Shown: positions 1-9,249 of the stretch, piece after piece
How positions within the stretch are numbered: position 1 is the stretch's first letter
Layout: every line of letters begins with the position of its first letter
DNA from: Amoeboradix gromovi X-113
Lineage: Eukaryota; Fungi; Sanchytriomycota
Reading direction: 5' to 3'
NCBI GenBank assembly: GCA_018985225.1
Contig: JADGIF010000259.1
Coordinates: forward strand, 1 to 12,589
Length of the DNA stretch: 12,589 nucleotides
The notes under the pieces: generated by a model
Databases searched by the model: none
What the model was told of the DNA's origin: nothing
What the model saw: only the letters and a program-made list of their open reading frames with translations
Translations under genes and position numbers: made by a program

Positions 1-96
1 GGTTTGAAAGAAGGACTTTTATTAATAATAGTATTTCCTCCTTATGGAGCACCTACTTTGAAAACGACTTGATCTAGTTTTTATATTTGGTGTCCC
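1..96 (-). mobile_element. Partial MITE copy (left arm, inverted), cut by the window start
   Basis: The reverse complement of 1-96 matches 8544-8639 at 92/96 nt and begins with the TIR GGGACACCAAATATAAAAACTAGA. Confidence 0.9.
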
Positions 97-252
97 GAAT
101 ACATTTTATCAACTACTCTTGAATTTGCTGTTGTTTTTGTTGATATTTTCACTGCTGTTAAAATTGCATAAAGTTTTATATATCTTCTTGATGAATTTTG
201 AATATGTACAAGTTTATTTTTATTTACCCCTCCCGTTTACTTTTTATAAAGC

Positions 253-3200
253 ATGTCCTCCATGCTTCCAAACAACGAAAATGAGCGAATTAAATTATTA
301 GATGAATTTTACTCCAAGTTGGAGCTGTCAAAGACCAATGGCACTTATTATCAAGATTTTCATACTAATTCGAATCTTTTGAATAATTATTTTGATTTTT
401 ATTATTCGATTCCCATGAACGACTTGCTGAAGATCGTTCGGATATACTATTCTGAATTATCTGTAAATCCGCTAAATCCTAATGTAGTCAAAGTCAGTTG
501 TCACATGTTGTGTTATTTATTAAAATACAAGGATGATGTCCCGATTAGTGAACTTTCTCTCGATTATTCTCCTTTTTATAAACTAATACAACTTTATTTC
601 TCTCCAAAATCCTCAGACAAGACCATATTGTTGTCTCAGGCCCATAAATCTGATTTATTGAAGGCTTTGATCGTTTGTAATCCTTATTTTATCAATATCA
701 AGCAGTCTTTATTCTTAACTCCTGCCATCAAATCTCCTGTTAAATATTTAACCTCTTTTGTACACTATCTGCTGTTTCTACCACCACGTAAGGATATGTC
801 TTTCATCTCACAAATTTTCAATTTTATCTCTAGTTCATTTTCACAAAGTCACACTGTGTTCCACCTGTTCTTGTACTTTCTAAAGAATTCCTGTGATCGA
901 TACATTTTAACGTTGCCGATTGATATCTTAAACTACTGCAACAGTAAATTGTTGGTTTTATTCAAATTTAAATATAAAACATCTTACTTATGCTCTTTCA
1001 CTAAAAGCCACCCATCTATATACAATTTAATTGCTTTTATATTTGTTAATCAATCATTTATTCCAAATCAATTAATACGAGCTCTGCATTTTAATCTAGC
1101 TCATAATGAACCCTGGACTGTTAAATATTCTACTTTTCTTCTTGAGCTGTGCTCTTATATTAGTGAATCTACAAGCTCATGTGCCAATGACATATCCTCT
1201 TTGTTGATTGACACTCTGCTAGTTTTAATTCATTCTAAAAGCAACAGTACCAGTCTCAATTCAATTAAATCTATTGAATACCTATGTACTTATGCTACTG
1301 TTCCGCTATTTGATACCCTATACGATGCTATCTTGGCCTCCATCTCTTCTTCAATGTATCCTAATCGTATTCTAGCAGGAGTTAATCTTTCTCACTGTTT
1401 AGTACCTCTTTTTGATTCCAAACTAGGCAGCGACTCTCCCATTGTAGCCAGTTTGTCCAAGTTGCTTTATATTTTAATTGATTTGATTGATCCCAACAAT
1501 TTCCGAATCTCTTTTTCAATATTTGTATTTATACATCATGTATCTTCATTACAGTTACCTTGCCTATATCCGCTCTTCACAGATCTTTCTGTTTTTCTCT
1601 ATTCGGCCATGGAATCCTGTTTAACATGTAATCATTCTTATTCAAAAATTGTACATCCTATTAATTCACTGCTAATTCCTGTGCTGTCTAATAGCTCTTT
1701 CATACATAACAAGTGCATCTTGTTCATTCAATCAATAGATCTACATTTGTTGAACAATGTTGTCACTATGCTACTGGCTCCTTTTAAATCTTTTAATAAC
1801 ACCTCTTTTATTAACCATTGCATATCCAACATCAGCGACCATTTTAATGCTACTGACCATTGTGTTTTGAGTAGTGAGTACAAGTCATGTTGGTATATCC
1901 ACTGCTTAATGTATATTTGTGATTATCATGACATTTCTACCACCAAAGCTTTAATTGGCAGAACAAAGGACACAGAGTGTATTCCTATATATTCCAGTTT
2001 AATTAGACTTCTATCACATCATTTACAAGAGTGCATCAAGGATATCATGACTGGAAACTCTACCGATTCGAGCAGCTCTAATATGCATGAACTGTTTTCG
2101 TGTATACAGGTATTGACTGCTAGTAACTCTACAAATACGAGTATTGCATCCAAGAAAAAGGCTTTGCTGTTCAAATTGTTTATGCCTCTTCATATTATAT
2201 ACAAAGCACCTAGTACACCTGATGATTCTACTCTAGTTATAGGCCAATTGCTAAGTGTTATGACTGAAAACATCCTCTCGATCCCTATGAATAAACACCT
2301 CTCTGCTATCATCAACAATGTTTGTAGTTACAAACCGTACTCATTCACCATGCATAATTCCCATCTGTTTGTTAAAAGCGTACCTATCAAATCGCACAGC
2401 AGTGCCTGCGATTACGTGTACAAGCAATCTGAGTATATCAGATTGTATTTGATCAATTTGAACTATTATAATAGATGCTTAATTCTGTTAAACAAGCAGG
2501 TAACTACTAGATACATTGACGATCTGGTGCTGATCATTCTGTATTATGCCATTAATTCACAAACTAAGCAAACCAGATGTTCACTGCAGGATGGGCTGGT
2601 ACACTTGAACATCTCCTTTAACTTTAAGACTGCGTTAATTTGCAAGTTCAGAGAGCTATTGAACTCAATCACAACTGACGCTAATGCAAGTACGGCAGTG
2701 GGTCCTAGTACCGCAACTTCAATTGCCCGCATAAAAGGTACAGTAGGAATTGACCGGGAAGCACTGCCGTATCTGCTGCATACGGTCAACAAAGAGTCAT
2801 TTTTAAAACACACTGATGCTGACTTTGATTTCAAACTGTTTGAGCTGATTGTTGGATTGGACACCAGACAAGATGAGCTAATCTCGTCCTTGATCAACAC
2901 AATGACTAGTGCACTTGCTATTAAGAAGGTGGTTTATTCTGTTGATATTGCAAGGCTTGCTGAGTTTATAATTAAAGAAGAGAAAACATTTATTAAACAA
3001 CTGATGATCAAATGGCTTAATATGTACATCAACACGAGCATAGAAAGTACAGTTATAACCAGCGATAGGACCTTGACTACTATAAACACATTGTGCTCAG
3101 ATCTGACTATAATTAGTTTACCAACAGTCTTGGATATCTTAAATGATTTATTGCGCGCAAGTCCCGTAGCAATAAGCAAATGACATAGTTGGCTGTATAA

Positions 3201-4456
3201 TAAAACTTTGCATGCAGTCAAGCAATAGATTGAACAGACAAGATATGGTAATTGAATGCATACAGCACAGATTTATATATTTTATACAGCTAATAAATAA
3301 TGACATAGATTTAGAAGTATTCGATGGAAGTGGTGAAATGATGGACAGATTGAATACAGAGGTAATGACAGGACTAGTACTTAGAAACGCAGGTATAAGC
3401 AGAGAGGTAGTAAATAGGGTTTGTAAGTATATAATAAACTCTACAGACGCAGGCTGGTCAAACTGGATCAAATGTATGTATACTGTAGCACGAAATGCAA
3501 TGGCGGATACTTTAGAAACCCTGCTAAAATACATAATTGAGGAGTTTAATAAATATAGCTGCTATACTCATTTTAGGTTAGCAAAGGTTATACTACTGAT
3601 AATGGAATATAGCAGTGCCCGAATAGATGTAGATATGGACCAGTATGAATTCAGTGATTATATGGAATATCGTAAAGTGTGGGTGAGGTATAGAGTGATC
3701 AGACACAAACAGTGGATAATTGACAACATGAACGGAAGCACTTATCCAGTGAATAGAATGAGTCTAAATTTGGACACCAAGGTAGTTTCTCCGTGCAATC
3801 CACATTCATTAAACAAGGATAACCATAGAATACGGAGTAATTGGTACTTGATAGTAAACAGTGTACATGACGATTACGACATATTTATAGAAGGTTTGAC
3901 AGAATATGTGCTCTACATACTCAAGTACAAGGACATGGAACTGATAAATAGTGTGAGAGAGTGTATAAAGGAAGAGAGTTTTAGCAGATTATTACTCAAC
4001 GTAGCGACTTACAGAAGTCAATATGCAGAACACAAGCATGATTATTATATAATGATGCAATACAATCTGTATTATAGACAATTTGATATGGAACTTGAGC
4101 TTCTAAAAGACATACATGGAGATATAGTAAATAACATGGAACTGAATGACAAGGTAGGAATAGAAATGATAAAATGTGCTAGTATAATATATCAGATTTA
4201 TTATACTAGGGGGATAGAATGGCAAGGAAAAGGAACAATAGAATGTTTAGCAGGTTTGCTAGCATACAAACTATATCCTGAGTGGGTAAAAAAGGGTGTT
4301 TATGAGATAATGGGAAACAGCAAGTACAAAAACCTGATTGCTAAAGTTATGGTACAATTTAGAAGAAAAGAAATGGAAAACAAAAAGATTGGGAATTTGG
4401 ATTATGAAATAGAAGAATTATATTTATATTTCCAAGGGGATTCTTACTTTGCTTGA
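253..4456 (+). CDS. PSME4: Proteasome activator PA200/Blm10 (PSME4) homolog, divergent and shortened (~1400 aa if the two ORFs 253-3183 and 3176-4456 are joined)
   Basis: Long helical, HEAT-like protein. LIDLIDPNNFRISFSIFVFI resembles the PA200 motif LPGIDPNDFxKxxxTFQFI. The C-terminus GDSYFA* matches the PA200/Blm10 YYA/YFA 20S-docking tail. Frame 1 is open to 3180 and frame 2 is open from 3176, so the ORFs are one gene with an intron, frameshift or indel. Confidence 0.8.
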
Positions 4457-5020
4457 CTCAGTAAATTCTATGCAGCATAAGCTATATTGCGCGCGCCAAT
4501 CAGCGAGTCTTGAGTCAAATTGCAGGGCCATCTAACTAGTGGTCTTCATGAACCAAATCTGAGAAATGGATTAGTGAATTAAGAGTATCCAGTGAGACAT
4601 AAGTATGAGCAAGGAATGATTGTCATGCGATGATCTACTCTGTATGAAGCCGTTTATTAATTTTATTCAATATACACTCATACCTGGAGATTTTTCAGTT
4701 TATCAGAAGTTGAATATAATTTCTATTTGAAATATAATCATGGTATTACATAGGTTAATCCTAAAAAACGAGATAGTTTATAAATGGCACGTTTGAACTC
4801 AAATGAATGAAGTGCGACACCTAAGAAACAACTGCCAAACTGGTTTAGTTACACTCAATAGCTGCAGCAATTAGCTGCCATACACGTAGGAGAACAATGC
4901 CACAGATAACCCTGTGCTATAATTAGTTTTAGAGCTCTTCTCGACATATTTTCATTTTACCGCTTAGCCTGGAGTGGTGTACAAATTAAGCTCAGAGCTT
5001 CATGGCTCCGTGATACGGCT

Positions 5021-5690
5021 ATGAAAGAATTGTTCGGTACAATTTTTGATTTATTAGGATTGCTGATATCAGCTCGTGTAAGTCTAGATCAATGGGAAAA
5101 TAGTGCAACGCTATTCAAAGGGTTGTATCACGATATCAATACACTATCAGATATTTTAGCCCCGCTTGCAGATCAGAATAATGAGCGATTGGATTTGAGA
5201 GCTGATATTCTTACTCGTACAGAGTCATCATTGAATGCCCTGATATCATTTCTAGAAGTGAGTGAGCAAAGCAATGTCTCTTTGATACATCTAGATGAAC
5301 TTGGCAACAAGTTTAGTCGAATATCACGGACACATCTGATGTTCAGGAAGATTGTTGAGAAAGCAGACGCCCGGGATATTCAATCAAAACTAGACAGGCT
5401 ATATGATACAAACAACTTCAACACGACTGGTATCCAGGAATTTATAGCCGTAGGATTGCTATTCCAAGGAGCGGGACTACTTTGGAAGAAAGAATTACAA
5501 GCTAGCCATGGAATGGTTCCAAAAGAGTGCAGAATTGCATACCTTAGATGCAGCATCGCGCATTGGGTACATGTACGAAAGAGGTCTATCGTTTGAAAAG
5601 GATTACAAATCGGCAATGTGCCGGTACAAAATGAGTTATCTTGAAGTATATTTGGATCATCTGGGAGAAGATTGCACTTCATGGATGTAA
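5021..5690 (+). CDS. N-terminal helical (HeLo-like/SesA/MLKL-4HB-like) domain followed by about two Sel1-like repeats; possibly 3'-truncated or pseudogenic
   Basis: The second frame reads RKNYKLAMEWFQKSAELHTLDAASRIGYMYERGLSFEKDYKSAMCRYKMS, a typical Sel1 pattern. The first 140 aa are amphipathic helices with a hydrophobic N-terminus. Removing 5450-5468 (GT..AG, 19 nt) joins both frames into 216 aa. The N-terminal domain family is inferred. Confidence 0.6.
5450..5468 (+). other. Candidate 19-nt spliceosomal intron
   Basis: GTAGGATTGCTATTCCAAG lies exactly at the frame change. Removal gives QEFIA|ERDYFGRKNYKLAMEWF. The AAG acceptor is non-optimal and a 1-nt indel is an alternative explanation. 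Confidence 0.45.
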
Positions 5691-6480
5691 TAAATCTTAA
5701 AGATGTTCTGAAATTATTTTCATTCATATCTTTCTAAACTGACTATCAGGTCATCCAGATAGTTATTTTTAAAGTACTCAAAAATAGGGACCATTGACTC
5801 ATAGGCAAGAATTATCACTCGGAATCATAGTTCTGCAACTTGCGCATAAACCAAGGGAGCCTGAGAGCTCAAAGCAATTCGAAAACCCCACATATGATGT
5901 GAATGGACGCCTCCAGAATCAAGACATTTGAATTGTATCAATAGCTCTTAAATTGCATCATCTGTGCATTTATGAGTCATCCTAGAAGAGTTCTGTTTAC
6001 ATATTAGCAACAATTTAAAGACCTGTAGTGATTTTCTGCATCCAAGGACACATATCTTGCAAAACTTCCTTGAAACTGAAGTTGAGCAGCAGTCTAATTG
6101 ATTAGCACCGTTGCTAGTTGCTTGTATTGCCTTATTAAAGCATTGGCTTGAAGCAATGACAAGAAAAATGTCTTTCAGTAATGGTCTTATAATAGTTGTG
6201 GGAAGTGTATAGGCAGTAAAAAGAGTAACCAACAAGATAATGATATAGATTCTTTTTGCCAAACTTTTCTGAGTACTGATAACTTTGGCCATCATAGACT
6301 CAATATAAGTCAAGCACTGCGAGGGTAAACTTCAAGACCATGAATAGAAACAATATAAGAGATTATTTACCGTCCCTGGCACTTCCATCTCACACCTAGG
6401 CAGTAATTCTGTGGCGCATTCCTGACACTGCTTAAGAAATCTCTCTAAATTGTAAATTGTTGTGGCTGAGTTACAAGATT
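5635..6480 (-). pseudogene. Degenerate multicopy gene relic, possibly a Cys-cluster (CxC/KDZ-type) transposase fragment
   Basis: Minus-strand fragments with stops and frameshifts occur in the order KQCQECATELLP, YDGQSY, SLDAENHYR(C/S)LNCC, loosely like CxC domains upstream of KDZ transposases. Part of it is duplicated at 9473-9685. Boundaries are approximate. Confidence 0.3.
5864..6078 (+). repeat. Dispersed direct repeat, copy A (215 bp)
   Basis: Matches 9473-9685 with 6 substitutions and one 2-nt indel. Confidence 0.95.
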
Positions 6481-6659
6481 GCAATACTCTGATCTACACA
6501 ATCACAAAATAATGAAGATCAGCATCTTTGAAGTTACCCTGCTGATTTCCATTGATCTCTCCTAGAGTGCAGTCTCAGATTTTTAGCTTAAAGATTGACT
6601 ATTTTCTTGAATAAATCATTTATCGCGAATTTTTATGCATTTTTGTATAGTTTCAAGAC

Positions 6660-6686
6660 TTTTCCAGATTTTCCAAATTTTCCAAA
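6660..6686 (+). repeat. Short tandem repeat (TTTTCCARA)x3
   Basis: TTTTCCAGA TTTTCCAAA TTTTCCAAA, read directly from the sequence. Confidence 0.8.
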
Positions 6687-7210
6687 TACCTTAAATACTC
6701 AATATTCTTCATTTTCGCAAATGGCAAATTGAATCAATGGATGTAATTCTAAACATGCCAAATCTAAAGAAATAACTAATAGCTGTAGTATACATTCATT
6801 AACGTTGAGGAACTAGTCCAAAGATGGAACTATTAGTTCCTTCCTAACGCGTAGAAAAAGATCAACGATAAATATCCTGTAAATCATTTATTTAATAATT
6901 CGCATGTGATTATTCTTACCACAATGCGAGATCTTAATAGTTATTATGCACGTACAAGGTGTGCCAATCTTGAGAAAACCAATTTAGAGAGCTGCGCTTG
7001 TTCCAATTGTCATTTGGGGATAGATATCATATGGCAGCAAGAACATACACATCAAGTATACGCATCCTTATTCAATCCCGCCTCAGAGTAGTGAAAGCGT
7101 GAGCAATCACTGCAACAGATTTACTAGAATTGCTAGTTTCTCAGAAATCAGGACTTTTAACGGGGATCTCAGTGGACTCGTTAGCAATGATAATTTTAAG
7201 GGATAAAACT

Positions 7211-7711
7211 ATGTCAACTCAAATCATGGATACATTTACTTTCCGAGCAACAATCATGGATTCCAATATTACAGTGCATGTAAATCTGTTTAATAACTAT
7301 AGGGTAGTCATGGATTTTAACTGGTTAAATACATTATATAATTTCGATGTTAATAGTTGGTCAGGTAGGGGATTAACCACACTTGTGACTTTCTTTTTAA
7401 ATCATAGTCCTAGAGATCCAAACGTATTTGGCTCGATTAGTCCAGTAGATGGAACTATTTCGGTTACTGGCCAGCAGAAAAAAGATATCATTTTACAAGC
7501 CTGTAAAGACATATTTCATGTAATTGACCAGGTTGTAGAAAAACACGGACGTAGTCTGTTGGACTACGCTGTATGGTATCGTGACAAAAGAGCAAATTAT
7601 AATCCTTCAGACTATGCACAATACATTACTCGAGAAGCATGCAATTGCATTGTACACGGGGAACTTTTAGCACCTAATGTCCTTTATGACTTGGTTCAAT
7701 ATGATAAATAG
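7211..7711 (+). CDS. Hypothetical protein (166 aa from ATG 7211; alternative ATG at 7187)
   Basis: Uninterrupted 500-nt ORF in AT-rich DNA, A-rich start context (AAAACTATG), globular composition and a T-rich 3' flank. No family recognised. Confidence 0.55.
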   Translation: MSTQIMDTFTFRATIMDSNITVHVNLFNNYRVVMDFNWLNTLYNFDVNSWSGRGLTTLVTFFLNHSPRDPNVFGSISPVDGTISVTGQQKKDIILQACKDIFHVIDQVVEKHGRSLLDYAVWYRDKRANYNPSDYAQYITREACNCIVHGELLAPNVLYDLVQYDK

Positions 7712-8089
7712 ATAAGGCTTATTTTATTTTTCTAAATCTTTGACTATTGAACGCTAGCATCATGTAATATCATTTACATTCTTCCGCACAAGTTCTGGTT
7801 CACAGCTTTTCCCGACATTGATACGCTTTTTTGACCAATGTTATCTTTATGACCGCGTATCAGTTAACTCTACTTGTTCTTAGATTTTTCATCCAATTTT
7901 AACTCTCATACAGCCATTCAGCAACTGTCTATCCATTGGATTCGATTACTGGCTCTTCTAAATATTCGGTTGATCGGTTCGCGGTGACAGGTACTTCTCG
8001 AATGGAGTCTTTTCAGATTCCAAACATTCAAGCTCGATTATTGGTTCCATTATACTCAGATATGAGTCTCCGCAGTTGTGTGTAGAGAA

Positions 8090-9111
8090 TACACCTTTGG
8101 CTAAATCCTAGTTGACCACATTCAGACCCGATCGACACTCTCACCTCTGGGACAAAGTAATCAGGAATTTTCATTCAATGATTAGTACTAAATCTGACTA
8201 TACTGTTATAGATATGTAATGGATTTCTGCATTTGTTGAACTTGAACAACTCAATGCTGTGGAACCTCTATATCTCATTCATACGTAACATACATACAAA
8301 TTCTTTTTGTCTTTAAATCTAACCACCGCGAGCACCCAATGTTTCCGCTATGCATCCGTATGTATCCATTTTTATTGGAAGCACGGATTTCTTCATGATT
8401 TCAGAGTGTTTTTTATTCCACCAATGATCTGTAATGGCAGACACGCACACAGCTTGTTGTATTGAGGCTCTTGATCAAATTCGACATTGATAAACCGCTT
8501 GATTCTATAAAAACAAAGTGCTGCAGCTTTGTGTATTGGATATGGGACACCAAATATAAAAACTAGACCAAGTCGTTTTTAAAGGAAGTGCTCCATAAGG
8601 AGGAAATACTATTATTAATAAAAGTCCTTCTTTCAAACCAATTTTCTTTCATTAATGTCATTCCTTTCTTTAAAATATATGAGGTCTCTGAGTGTCTAAT
8701 TAAAAGGTGCAATCAGTCAGATTGATTTAATTTAATTTAATTCACTGTCGGTTAATACACACTTGATATAATGATTCAAACTGTTTAAGAAAGTTATTCT
8801 AGTTTTTATATTTGATGTCCCAATTGTATATTGCTGCACACATACACAATATTCTTTGGTCCACTTATATACAGTTGTGTACGCTCGAAGACTTCGCATC
8901 CCTTGGGGTCTTCCTGTGTATAGCCATGCACTATCAGCTTGGGTAGGAACTCTTCAGGATCTTCATCGCGCCAAACAAGTGAATTGAGGCATCTACGTAT
9001 TTCCCATGTTAATACAACAGAGGAAAGTTTTTTGGCTGGATAGAACCGATTCAATAGCACGAAAGGCGTTCTTGACTCATGCGTCGGAAACTCCTTAAGC
9101 AGAACAACCAT
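8090..9111 (-). pseudogene. Ulp1/SENP (peptidase C48) SUMO-protease-like pseudogene interrupted by a MITE
   Basis: Motifs appear in the expected order: VVLTWEIRRCLNSLVWRDED (cf. ITRKDIQTLNHLNWLNDE), VYVCSNIQ|FTKL across the MITE (cf. VHAFNTFFFTKL), WWNKK, VLPI, HWVLAVVRFKDKK (catalytic His, 8341-8303) and SECG (catalytic Cys, ~8115-8126). The 3' part has stops and frameshifts. Confidence 0.75.
8544..8821 (+). mobile_element. Complete 278-bp MITE with 24-bp TIRs and a 10-bp TSD (Mutator-like)
   Basis: Left TIR GGGACACCAAATATAAAAACTAGA (8544-8567) matches the reverse complement of 8798-8821 at 23/24. Flanks TATTGGATAT (8534-8543) and AATTGTATAT (8822-8831) match 8/10. No coding capacity. Two more partial copies occur in the window. 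Confidence 0.9.
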
Positions 9112-9249
9112 CGGCTCGCCTGTACATAAACCATAATGGACTCTGCGAAGCCTTTCTATTTTATTGGTATTGCCAATAAACCATGATCATTTACAGTCTG
9201 TAAATACTTTGTTTTTCACATTTAGGCATTCCTTATAGTCAAGTAATAC

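Noticed and set aside
119-301. 60-aa hydrophobic ORF
   Set aside because: TTG start, T-rich upstream DNA and overlap with the PA200 start; a compositional artefact.
2544-3534. Minus-strand ORFs at 2544-2900, 2934-3221 and 3148-3534 (likewise 5380-5727 and those within DIS3)
   Set aside because: Antisense shadows of real coding frames, with no recognisable motifs.
4447-4456. YFA instead of YYA at the PA200 C-terminus
   Set aside because: Phe at the penultimate position is a known PA200 variant.
4593-4833. GAGACATAAG and GCGACACCTAAG as further TIR copies
   Set aside because: Similarity is limited to 7-8 nt and does not extend into the element.
5948-6313. 121-aa membrane-like ORF
   Set aside because: TTG start; the more protein-like motifs are in other frames, and copy B has a 2-nt indel that breaks this frame.
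6906-7091. 61-aa Cys-containing ORF
   Set aside because: GTG start, short and flanked by in-frame stops; at most a decayed fragment.
8596-8603. TAAGGAGG, a perfect Shine-Dalgarno-like sequence in the MITE
   Set aside because: No start codon or ORF at the proper spacing, and the context is eukaryotic.
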